A stretch of 64,000 nt of DNA from the IMG/VR virus record IMGVR_UViG_3300048881_000780. One strand, given 5' to 3'. The translations under genes were made by a program, and so were the position numbers. Shown piece after piece: positions 19,753-28,489 of the stretch (position 1 is its first letter; every line of letters starts with the position of its first letter). The notes beneath the pieces were generated by a model that saw only the letters and a program-made list of their open reading frames with translations, searched no databases and had not been told where the DNA came from. Origin of the DNA: a virus (Duplodnaviria > Caudoviricetes).

Positions 19753-20352
19753 ATGAAATACTTATTACTATTATTAATGCTTAGTTCTTGTGGTGTTTTA
19801 AATGACACTCTAAATGAAGATATGGTTGTGGAGCACATTCCCTTTGATGAAGTAGATGATCCACGTCTATTTACTAGTGGAGTCAATGAGAATGTTAGTC
19901 CATATATCGATCAATACATAAATAGACTAATACTTCTCACTCCAGTTTCTATTGATATAAATCACATCCCAGTGAATATCATTAACTTCCTAGAGTACCC
20001 AGAGTACAAGAAAAAATTAGAACAAGATAATGTAAGAGCAATTTGCATTGTCTATAGCAATGAATACACTCAACAAACTTTCAAAGAGATTCTAATTGAC
20101 GCAAGTTTTTGGTCTAATGCAAATGAAAGCACTAGAGAGTTAGTAGTTACTCATGAACTTGGCCACTGTCACCTCGATTTAAGACATACAGATGAAAATT
20201 TAATTTACGTATCTCCAGGTGTTCCAAAAATTATGAACCCATCTCCAGATACCTCGGTCTTTGTCGGAGACGCAGTAATTAGAGAGGCAATTTACGATAT
20301 GTTAATTGACGCCAATATTGAGTTATATCCGTGGGAGAGTTTAGATGAATAA
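19753..20352 (+). CDS. Lipoprotein zinc metalloprotease (metzincin-like)
   Basis: Lipobox LSSC; HELGHCHLDLRH; Met-turn-like KIMNP. Confidence 0.8.
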   Translation: MKYLLLLLMLSSCGVLNDTLNEDMVVEHIPFDEVDDPRLFTSGVNENVSPYIDQYINRLILLTPVSIDINHIPVNIINFLEYPEYKKKLEQDNVRAICIVYSNEYTQQTFKEILIDASFWSNANESTRELVVTHELGHCHLDLRHTDENLIYVSPGVPKIMNPSPDTSVFVGDAVIREAIYDMLIDANIELYPWESLDE

Positions 20353-20956
20353 TAGCGGTGCTGAATACTTAAGAGAAGAAGAGGATTACCCCAATTTAAA
20401 ACCATCTCTTCGAAATTCTCCTTTATTTTTATTCTTTAGTGCTCTCTTAGTGTACTTACTTTCAAATTATGAGATCTACTCTAAAAGTTCTAAGAGTTTT
20501 TATAGGCTGGTTTTAAAACACTTTAATTACTATGATTTAAATAGAGAATATGGTGAAATAACATTTCTTATAAAAAAGATGGCCCTTCTCTGTAGTCAAA
20601 ATTACTACGAGCTCATCTATCTTTCAGTTGGTGTAATACTCGCAGTTATTATTAGATATAAACTCATTAATTTCATAAGTTTTGATAATCACCAAAAAGG
20701 TGTTGAGATCCGCTGGATTGACTCATCTGGGTTAACCCGAGACTTTATCGATATTACGCAAATAAAAGATTGTGACTTAGAAATGGGCCCTTGGCAATTT
20801 CTCACTCTTACCTATCGACTTAAAATTTCTTCAAGAACTGAAGGTATTAAATACTTCTCTGGCCTTCCTATTAGTAAGTTAACAAGAAAATATAGAAAAT
20901 CTATTAATAGAAAAGGTGTTGATAGCTACACTGAGTTTAAAATTAAAAGTAATTAA
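20345..20956 (+). CDS. Membrane protein with C-terminal bacterial PH-like domain
   Basis: Two TM segments, then GLTRDFIDITQIKDCDLEMGPWQFL. Confidence 0.5.
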   Translation: MNNSGAEYLREEEDYPNLKPSLRNSPLFLFFSALLVYLLSNYEIYSKSSKSFYRLVLKHFNYYDLNREYGEITFLIKKMALLCSQNYYELIYLSVGVILAVIIRYKLINFISFDNHQKGVEIRWIDSSGLTRDFIDITQIKDCDLEMGPWQFLTLTYRLKISSRTEGIKYFSGLPISKLTRKYRKSINRKGVDSYTEFKIKSN

Positions 20957-20959
20957 AAT

Positions 20960-21325
20960 ATGAAAAGAGTATTTGAGACAATTTTTGGAAGTTCTGTATT
21001 TTCACTATGCCTATATAGTTGTTATCAACTTTGTAGTCATTTAAATTTTGAACTAGAAGATCTTGGTGATAATAGAATTTATCTGGCATTAACGGCCATT
21101 ATCATGTCTCTACTTTTTTGTTTTGAGGCCACAAATGGAGACTATGAGTACCCAGACCCTCTCGCCTTTTGGGGTGAGATATCTAGAAGAACTTTCTTCT
21201 TGGCCTTTGCTATTTATACCTCAACTTATTTACAAGGAGAGATAGGACCTCCTATTCTCATCGCTTTTAGTTGGCTAACTCTCTATTTAATAATCTACAA
21301 AGTACAAGAAGTTCAGCATGAATAG
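20960..21325 (+). CDS. Small integral membrane protein
   Basis: About four hydrophobic segments; operonic spacing. Confidence 0.65.
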   Translation: MKRVFETIFGSSVFSLCLYSCYQLCSHLNFELEDLGDNRIYLALTAIIMSLLFCFEATNGDYEYPDPLAFWGEISRRTFFLAFAIYTSTYLQGEIGPPILIAFSWLTLYLIIYKVQEVQHE

Positions 21326-21608
21326 CTTAATGACCTTTATCTCTATTCTTATAGTTGTAGTTGTTATATCAATTTTTATCGTTAAGTTTTTTAATTATAT
21401 CACTACTCCAAACTATATTAACTATAGTGATGAATTGCTTATTACAAAGTGTAAAAAACATATCATTGATTTTCACTTAAATCCCAAGCTTCATGAAGTA
21501 CAAATTAAGAAAATTATATTTGAATTAAAGTGTCGAGGAGTAGACCCCTCATCACTAGATGATGACTTTACTCAAGTCATGATAAAGAAGTGGGAAAGAG
21601 ACTTATAG
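21318..21608 (+). CDS. Single-TM hypothetical protein
   Basis: N-terminal TM; start overlaps the end of the upstream gene. Confidence 0.6.
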   Translation: MNSLMTFISILIVVVVISIFIVKFFNYITTPNYINYSDELLITKCKKHIIDFHLNPKLHEVQIKKIIFELKCRGVDPSSLDDDFTQVMIKKWERDL

Positions 21609-21611
21609 ATT

Positions 21612-22061
21612 TTAGTCTTTAAGCTTTCTTTTTATTCTTTCAATATCCTCTAATTCAGATCTCACTCGATCTGCTTCACTTTTAAGATAATTTATATAAC
21701 CCGAATCCGCTATCTTCTTTTCTTCTATTCTAAGAATTAAAAAATCCATGGCCATAAAGTAAATAAGAATGGGTGTGATCATTATAAATACTAAACCATT
21801 AAAGAAGGCCTCATTGCTAATGAATTTTGATAATGGCACTACTGGATTATGAATAATGAAGAGTATCCATATAAATAAATTGGGACGTCGAGAATAGGTA
21901 TTAAACTTTGCTCTAATGATTATCACAAGACCCAGACAGATTGGAAATACCCACTTTAATAGTGTGTAAAACTCTGTTGGCATTGTAAGAAGACTTAGAC
22001 CTGAGAATATAGTGATTGTGGTTAGAAGAAAAATAGTAATGATTCTTTCATTTAAGATCAT
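21612..22061 (-). CDS. Membrane protein (DUF6804-like)
   Basis: MPTEFYTLLKW and IHNPVVPL motifs, 4 TMs, C-terminal coiled coil. Confidence 0.5.
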   Translation of the reverse strand: MILNERIITIFLLTTITIFSGLSLLTMPTEFYTLLKWVFPICLGLVIIIRAKFNTYSRRPNLFIWILFIIHNPVVPLSKFISNEAFFNGLVFIMITPILIYFMAMDFLILRIEEKKIADSGYINYLKSEADRVRSELEDIERIKRKLKD

Positions 22062-22138
22062 AATAAGAATTCCTTTTTCTTAATCTCTTTAGTAACACTT
22101 TTTTCGTGATGCTAACAAAGAAATGTTAATATCACGAT

Positions 22139-22390
22139 TTATATATCGTGCCTTAAGTTAGCGCCCAACTCTCCGCGATCAAAGCGCTCTTGCAATTGAT
22201 CACAAGTGCTCTTAGCTACTACCATCCCCTCGCCAATGGGGACTGCTAAGGCCAGAGATTTAATGGCCAGAATTTCACCATTACCAGCATCGATGCCGTG
22301 CAGATAGACGCCCTGGTCGATGCCATCTTTAAAAATACCCATTTTATATTCACCACTATCACTGTGGAGAATTGGTACAAATGTAATCAC
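22139..22390 (-). CDS. Hypothetical protein
   Basis: 83 aa, GAGGA SD upstream of a GTG start. Confidence 0.6.
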   Translation of the reverse strand: MITFVPILHSDSGEYKMGIFKDGIDQGVYLHGIDAGNGEILAIKSLALAVPIGEGMVVAKSTCDQLQERFDRGELGANLRHDI

Positions 22391-22506
22391 TTAATTTTCC
22401 TCGCTCTACTTTAAAGTGATATTCTAACATAGGGTTATAGATTGCTTAAAATAAACTTACGACTCAAGTATATGTAATTAAAATAATTTCAGTATTTACC
22501 TTTTCC

Positions 22507-22709
22507 TGAACACGACAAATCAATTACTTAACGCTGTTTAACTTTTTCTGAACACAAAAATTCAAACACTTACAATGTTCAGCTTTTCGTGAACACCCAA
22601 AATTTAGTGAACATTCTTTAAATTTCAAACACTTAAGAGTGTTCAGCTTTTCGTGAACACCCAAATTGAGTGAACATTTATTAAATTTTAAGTACTTAAA
22701 GGTGTTCAG
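22507..22709. repeat. Array of TGAACA/TGTTCA boxes with ~63-64-bp periodicity and IHF-like spacers
   Basis: Ten boxes. TGTTCAGCTTTTCGTGAACACCCAAA is exact at 22576 and 22640. AATCAATTACTTA at 22518 matches WATCAANNNNTTR. Confidence 0.85.
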
Positions 22710-22710
22710 C

Positions 22711-23067
22711 TTACTCTATAAGTTTCTTTACAAGCTCCATACTCTTGCCCTCTTCAATGGAGACGCCCTTTATTTCCGCTATTTTAGTAATTATGTCCAA
22801 CTCTTCTTTCTCTTCTCTTTTTCTCTTATTACACTCTTTACAAGAGGGCCTTCGACCATCACTTCTTTGCTTATCTCTAGCAAAGTAATCTATGTTCTTC
22901 TTCTCTTTGCAAATGGTGCAAATTTTCCTTTTTTCATTCTCTATCCCCACATCATTTACAGGTGAACAAACCTCTAGAGAATAGATCTCTTGTGACCTTA
23001 AAAAGCTTTCAAATTTTTCCAGAGAAGATTTTGTTGGAAATATTAGGGAGTAATTCTTTTTAAACAT
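22711..23067 (-). CDS. Small C4 zinc-finger protein
   Basis: KICTICKEKK...DGRRPSCKEC, the zinc ribbon typical of phage HNH/endoVII N-termini; no nuclease domain. Confidence 0.65.
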   Translation of the reverse strand: MFKKNYSLIFPTKSSLEKFESFLRSQEIYSLEVCSPVNDVGIENEKRKICTICKEKKNIDYFARDKQRSDGRRPSCKECNKRKREEKEELDIITKIAEIKGVSIEEGKSMELVKKLIE

Positions 23068-23142
23068 TTTTAAATCTCTTAATTAAAGTTACTAAAAACT
23101 TATAGGAGTTTCTTTTCTTTAAAACTGAACAACGAAATAGAT

Positions 23143-23556
23143 TCATGGACTCATTCTGTATTCTAGATAATTTCTAACATCTCTAAGGTGGGCCGGATGC
23201 TTAAAGATATACGACATTGGCGATAAATGGCCAAAGGTCTTATGCTCCGTCTTTAACCATTTAACCTGATCTTCAGTTCTTACAAAGTAACTTGAGAGAC
23301 AATCATATAACTCGATTAGCTCATAAATTTGAACATCATCGGGTGTATATCTACTTTTAGAAACTTTAACACTTCCATTTTTAAACCATCCATTAACTGT
23401 CGTTCTTGGCTTGTGTAAGAGTTTAGAAATCTCTGATTCATCAAACCCAAACTCTCTTTGAATACCACGCAAAATCTTATACAACCCCCTATAAAGGTCT
23501 TCTGGTGATGATGATCTTAATGGCATTGGAACTAAAGCTTCCATAGTATCCTCCAC
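23143..23556 (-). CDS. Xre/MbcA/ParS-family antitoxin (orphan)
   Basis: N-terminal HTH (EISKLLHKPRTTVNGW), C-terminal KWLKTEHKTFGHLSPMSYI..LRDVRNYL. Confidence 0.75.
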   Translation of the reverse strand: MEDTMEALVPMPLRSSSPEDLYRGLYKILRGIQREFGFDESEISKLLHKPRTTVNGWFKNGSVKVSKSRYTPDDVQIYELIELYDCLSSYFVRTEDQVKWLKTEHKTFGHLSPMSYIFKHPAHLRDVRNYLEYRMSP

Positions 23557-23695
23557 ACTTATTATACTACTTTAAATTACTATTTAGTGCTCTTAATTAA
23601 AACAATGTCAATAATACACACAAGTACTAATATTATTAACAGTTTACAACTATACGAATTAGTAAAACATCATTATTTAAGGTTTTTAAATGTCA

Positions 23696-23764
23696 TTACA
23701 TATGTTAAAAAATGAAATAATTCTAACATATGTCAAAGTTTTTGAATTTATATAACATATGTTA
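23696..23764. repeat. Three palindromic TAACATATGTTA boxes
   Basis: 23696-23707, 23724-23735, 23753-23764; period 28-29 bp. Confidence 0.8.
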
Positions 23765-23811
23765 AAAAAGCGATCTAAATTCAATAACTTAAATCAACTT
23801 TTCGTCATTTT

Positions 23812-24612
23812 CTAAAGAATTAGACCATCGATAAAGGGAGTTAGGATAGCTAATAATTCGGATTCTCTCTTAGGGTCAGGTATGTTTCCATTATTCATAT
23901 CAACCAAGAGTTTCTTCATCGTGTATGAGTTCTTGGCCATATTAGTTATGACAGCTGATAAATCACTGCCAGCTAAAAGAAATTGAATTCTAGATGCAAA
24001 AATGGATATCCACAGGCCATCTTCGTCACCAATGTATTTTTCAAAGAGAGATTCATTCCTATCTTCATGAAAGTCATCATCAAGATCAGGGCAAAGAGTC
24101 TTCACATTCTGTAAAACAACTTTTATATCAACGGCATCCTTTCTTCTAACTTCAGAGTGGCACCAACTTGATAATTTAAGGGCAATTAACATCTCTGGTA
24201 TAATCACTTTAACGGCAGTATCAGCTAAATTAATATCTACTGCACATTCAAAGGCCTTATTAAAACCCATAACCTTCATTCTAGACCTAAAAGGCCTTGG
24301 CCACTTAATTGTTTCAGAATCTCCAGCAATATCACCAAATGGAATCAAATCAATTGGGATTTCTCCTAATAATAATCGATAGGATTTTTCGGGATCTTCT
24401 TTCATCGACTTCTCAGTCTTTAAAAGTTCTTTAATCTTTTTAAATTCATCCCAATCCTTCACCAGTATAGCAAAGTCGACATCTCTCGTTTTTATACCCT
24501 GGGGTAAACTTCTTTCTTCAAAGTAAATATCTCTTGCGAGAGCTCCAATAACAATGAAGTCAATTGCTTCTCTATTAAATATTTTAGATATTTCTACCAC
24601 TATGTCTTTCAT
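23812..24612 (-). CDS. AbiEii-like nucleotidyltransferase toxin
   Basis: VIGALARD, TRDVDFAI, IDLIPFG, LKLSSW, RKDAVDI. Confidence 0.85.
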   Translation of the reverse strand: MKDIVVEISKIFNREAIDFIVIGALARDIYFEERSLPQGIKTRDVDFAILVKDWDEFKKIKELLKTEKSMKEDPEKSYRLLLGEIPIDLIPFGDIAGDSETIKWPRPFRSRMKVMGFNKAFECAVDINLADTAVKVIIPEMLIALKLSSWCHSEVRRKDAVDIKVVLQNVKTLCPDLDDDFHEDRNESLFEKYIGDEDGLWISIFASRIQFLLAGSDLSAVITNMAKNSYTMKKLLVDMNNGNIPDPKRESELLAILTPFIDGLIL

Positions 24613-25615
24613 TTAGTATTTTCTTGGCCTTATTGAGGTACTTCTTAAATCTAACTTCTCCAGCTTCCTTAACTCTTTGATCACTAGAGTTCATTAATTC
24701 CGCACTTATAATAATATCGTGAGCAAACTGAGCTCTATCTCTTAAGTCTAATCGAGTTGGATAGAGAACTACACTACCTCTATTATCCGGAATTAGTCCC
24801 AATCTCTTATAAAGTGATTTTTGAGATTTAGTCTCCATAAAAATAGACATCTCAAGAGCGTTATCAAGATAACCGTCTCTCTTTATACAATCAATTCTTG
24901 GGCCACTTAGCGCCCACAAACCATCGTTAAGTTCATTACTGGCTATATCTATAAGTTCATCATTACTTAGCTTTGTTTTAAATCTGGCATACTCTTTCTT
25001 TGTCTTATATTGAGAAAGAATAAATCTCCACCTCTCAAAGTAAGTTTCTATATTGGTCAGGTGATACCCGTCATTAATTTTCACAATAAGATTTTCTTTT
25101 TCCATACTCTTAAGTGTTATGTTGACGGTGGCCGCGGATTTACCAATTAGCTCTCCGATCTCGGCCTGAGTTAAATCTAGGAGTCCATGGTTTTTAAAGA
25201 ATAGATACCCGATTGGAAATTCATTTAAGACACTAGAAGATCTGGTCTGCTCTTTCTTTTCTTCCGAGTAAAATGAATCACTGGAAATTAAATGCAGTGG
25301 TATATAGAAGTGATTTTCATTATCAATATATCCAATCCCTTTTTCCTTTAGAAACCTCATCTGCTCTTCGTTTAGATAACTAGAATAAATGATCACTCTC
25401 TCATACTCTGAAAGTTGAATAATATCTCTAATGTCACTTTTAATATCAAAGGATTCATTTAACTCAACTAATATTACCGCCAAAGTGGATCTTCCTAGAG
25501 AGATGGAAGCTCGCTGGACCGATCTACCATTACCAAGTAGTAGAGAGTCTCTATATTGAAATTCGAGACCAGTATGATTAAATATGATTTCACTTATATT
25601 ACTCATATTTAACAC
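24584..25615 (-). CDS. AbiEi-like antitoxin / transcriptional regulator
   Basis: GIGYIDNENH, wHTH TQAEIGELIGKSAATVNITLKSM, C-terminal AELMNSSDQRVKEAG; overlaps the toxin gene. Confidence 0.8.
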   Translation of the reverse strand: MLNMSNISEIIFNHTGLEFQYRDSLLLGNGRSVQRASISLGRSTLAVILVELNESFDIKSDIRDIIQLSEYERVIIYSSYLNEEQMRFLKEKGIGYIDNENHFYIPLHLISSDSFYSEEKKEQTRSSSVLNEFPIGYLFFKNHGLLDLTQAEIGELIGKSAATVNITLKSMEKENLIVKINDGYHLTNIETYFERWRFILSQYKTKKEYARFKTKLSNDELIDIASNELNDGLWALSGPRIDCIKRDGYLDNALEMSIFMETKSQKSLYKRLGLIPDNRGSVVLYPTRLDLRDRAQFAHDIIISAELMNSSDQRVKEAGEVRFKKYLNKAKKILNERHSGRNI

Positions 25616-25683
25616 TATATCACATATTTAACTTTAAAGCAACATGAAAACCATGCTTAACTACCTAATTTTACATATTTATT
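25604..25683. promoter_or_regulatory. CATATTTAAC direct repeats at the abiEi start
   Basis: Exact at 25604 and 25623; variants at 25652 and 25674. Confidence 0.45.
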
Positions 25684-25775
25684 TAATAAAAACAACGCAT
25701 TTAATTTTATTTAAATGAATAATTACTTAGAAATCATCTAAACTAGGTCGGATCAAAATATTCTGAACTGACACC

Positions 25776-26162
25776 CTAAGAATTTAGGCCATCTAAAATA
25801 GTATCAATTTTTTTAACAACTCCAGGCAAACTACTAGAGCCTCTCTTTATTTCAGATAAGAGCTCTTTAAAGCGTATTCCCGAAATTTCACAATCTTCAT
25901 CAAGGTACTGATAGAGGCCCATTACACAGGCCTCTCTCAAGTAAGGTGAATCACTGGATTTAAATTCTTTAATATATTCGTAAAAATCTCTATTAGTATC
26001 ATTTTTTGCAATTCCAACAAGAGCATACCCTTTAGCAAGAGCTCCTACTCTTGTACTTGCAATAATTTCCTTTAAAATTTGATAATCACCAGCGATGCAA
26101 GCCTTTTCAATATTTTCTTCATTGAAGTGACCATAGTTTAATCTAAATCTCTCCATTGGCAT
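25776..26162 (-). CDS. Hypothetical helical (HEAT-like) protein
   Basis: SSDSPYLREACVMGL resembles a HEAT repeat. Confidence 0.5.
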   Translation of the reverse strand: MPMERFRLNYGHFNEENIEKACIAGDYQILKEIIASTRVGALAKGYALVGIAKNDTNRDFYEYIKEFKSSDSPYLREACVMGLYQYLDEDCEISGIRFKELLSEIKRGSSSLPGVVKKIDTILDGLNS

Positions 26163-26257
26163 TACTCTCTCACAGTTATCGACTTTATTTTTAGATCTCT
26201 AATATACTTATCGGCCAAATTGTTTACCTATAATCGATAGGAATATATCTGAATTAA

Positions 26258-26548
26258 TTAAGCGACGTTCTTATATTTTAACTCAACCTTTTTCCCTAAT
26301 GATGATAAAACTCTAATTAATCTATCTATAGTTACTCTCTGTAAACTCCCATTTACAACTCCAGTTACAGTAGATCTAGAAACTCCTGATAACTCAGATA
26401 CCTCTTTGTGAGTAAGTTTCTTTTTTTCTATAGTTTTGATGATTTCTTTTGTTAGACTAGCTTTCATTTGTGCAATTACGCCATTCTCACTAGTCAGCCC
26501 AAGAGCAACTGCCAGTTCAGAAGTATTTTTATATGTTTTAGATTTCAT
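26258..26548 (-). CDS. XRE HTH antitoxin (HigA-like)
   Basis: LTHKEVSELSGVSRSTVTGVVNG..TIDRLIRVLSSLG; translationally coupled downstream of the toxin. Confidence 0.85.
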   Translation of the reverse strand: MKSKTYKNTSELAVALGLTSENGVIAQMKASLTKEIIKTIEKKKLTHKEVSELSGVSRSTVTGVVNGSLQRVTIDRLIRVLSSLGKKVELKYKNVA

Positions 26549-26862
26549 TACAGACCCCTAATGCGCTTTTTCACAAGCTCAATTGTTTTCAGTGGTGTTT
26601 TATTAGATTTTTTTTGAAAAGCGTGAATAACGTAAATCGCATCCTTCTTTCTTATAACGTAAAAAACTCTATATATTCCATTTCTATCTTTAAGTCTTAA
26701 TTCATGTGTATCTTTATCAATACTAGGCATATGCTTAGATAGTGGCATACTAAGAAATACCCCTTCTCGAAGCTTGGATATGGCATCTAAAAAATCCTCG
26801 AGCACTTCTCTTGGAAACTTTTTCAACTCTTTTTCACATACGTTTAGTACTTTTATATCCAC
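26548..26862 (-). CDS. RelE/ParE-family toxin (HigB/Gp49-like)
   Basis: HELRLKDRNGIYRVFY, YVIHAFQKKSNKTP. Confidence 0.9.
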   Translation of the reverse strand: MDIKVLNVCEKELKKFPREVLEDFLDAISKLREGVFLSMPLSKHMPSIDKDTHELRLKDRNGIYRVFYVIRKKDAIYVIHAFQKKSNKTPLKTIELVKKRIRGL

Positions 26863-27005
26863 GTCTTCAATGTCTCATAAATAAGACCATAAGGCAAGTT
26901 ATTTTTAGTAGTACAAAATGTAAAGTATTAGAATCTCAAAGGCTATTTAACTTATTCTTGAATTAACTATACGATCATCATTTTCTAACTCGTCCACATC
27001 AAGTC

Positions 27006-28370
27006 CTAACTAGAGAAGCTAAATAATCTCTTTAATAGAGATTTCTTAGGTTTTTTAATTTTACCTTCTTTAATTAAACGCTCTTGTTCTTTAGCAAACT
27101 CTTCTCTTCTCTTTTTACTGAGCCTTTCACCTTTTTTACTAAACTTTAAATCCTTAAGCTTTTCAATTGTAATTTCACAAGGATCATTTTCCTTTAGTTG
27201 CTCAAAGTTCTGCTCCCAAAATGAAGTATAATTGTAATTCTCTTTCAGCCACTTTCTTGGACCAACTTTAGGGATATCCCCCCCCACTCTTGGAGTAAAT
27301 GCTCTTCCCATGTCAGAACGAATCTTTAAATATCCATCAAAAATATCCATTCCATTTCTCTTTGCTCCACGAGATTTTGCAGTTCGAGACTGAATATATG
27401 CATCTAATAATATTTCCCAGTCGCAAGATGCTTCCTCATTTATTAGATCACTTCTATTGGCCTTAAGCCTCTCTTTTAACTTGTACCACTCGGTAACCAA
27501 AGCACTTGTTTGTAGATATGACTTACTATCCATAAGGGCATTAAGATCAAATACTTGCCACAGGTTACTAACGTAACTAGAAATATTAAAGGATCTATCA
27601 ACAATATTTACACCGTCGTAATAATATCTTCCCTCTAATTTAACTAGTGGGATAAAATCAAATCCGTCTACTGAGAATACTACTCCCATATACTTATTCT
27701 TATAGTCGATACTCTTGTAAACAATTGAGCTAAACTCTCCCTCTTTAAGAGGTAGGTAACCACAAGGTTGCAATCCGTATAGTTTATTAGGTAATAACTC
27801 TTGATGAGTATGATTAATTACTAGATCCATCCAACGGGCCATTCTAATTTGATCATTCACTTCAATGTCACTATCTTCTAATGCACATCTAATATAACCA
27901 GCAGATAGCGCTGTGCAATTTGTTATTGGATTAATTCTTTCGAACTCAATATCTTTTAATATAGAATGAGCTCTATCTAGAATCTCTTGGTCATATCTAA
28001 AATTAAAGAAATCATTTATTTTAATATTATAAGAATATTCAAATACAATCTCAGGATTTGACGGCTTAAGGGCGCTTCTATATAAATCAGCCATCTCACT
28101 TGGATATCTAAAGAAATCTGAATGACTTCCAAATTGGTCAGAGTTAAATGGTCTCTCCTTCCAAAAACAATTTACTTTCCCGAGAGTGTGGCATCTGTCA
28201 CCAATACCCTTAAGACCACTAACTCTTTCTCTAATTAGATAATTCTTAGCACTTCTATTTTCAATAATAAATTTAACTAGATCTAGATTTTCATCTAAAA
28301 ATTTTGTACTTGGAAAATTGATACGACCATCAATAATGAGAGCATTTGCTCTTTTTTCTAACTCGTCCAC
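27006..28370 (-). CDS. Hypothetical protein
   Basis: 454-aa ORF with GAGG SD and GTG start; no motif recognised. Confidence 0.75.
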   Translation of the reverse strand: MDELEKRANALIIDGRINFPSTKFLDENLDLVKFIIENRSAKNYLIRERVSGLKGIGDRCHTLGKVNCFWKERPFNSDQFGSHSDFFRYPSEMADLYRSALKPSNPEIVFEYSYNIKINDFFNFRYDQEILDRAHSILKDIEFERINPITNCTALSAGYIRCALEDSDIEVNDQIRMARWMDLVINHTHQELLPNKLYGLQPCGYLPLKEGEFSSIVYKSIDYKNKYMGVVFSVDGFDFIPLVKLEGRYYYDGVNIVDRSFNISSYVSNLWQVFDLNALMDSKSYLQTSALVTEWYKLKERLKANRSDLINEEASCDWEILLDAYIQSRTAKSRGAKRNGMDIFDGYLKIRSDMGRAFTPRVGGDIPKVGPRKWLKENYNYTSFWEQNFEQLKENDPCEITIEKLKDLKFSKKGERLSKKRREEFAKEQERLIKEGKIKKPKKSLLKRLFSFSS

Positions 28371-28489
28371 TTCAACCTCAACTTTATTAACAACAACTTT
28401 ATATTCGAGTTATTAATATTATACTATATACTATGGTAAGATACGAGATTAAGGTGTCAATATGTGAAATATCAACACCTTATGTGGCA

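Noticed and set aside
22507-22709. CRISPR array
   Set aside because: The intervening sequences are themselves repeated, units are few and degenerate, and there are no cas genes.
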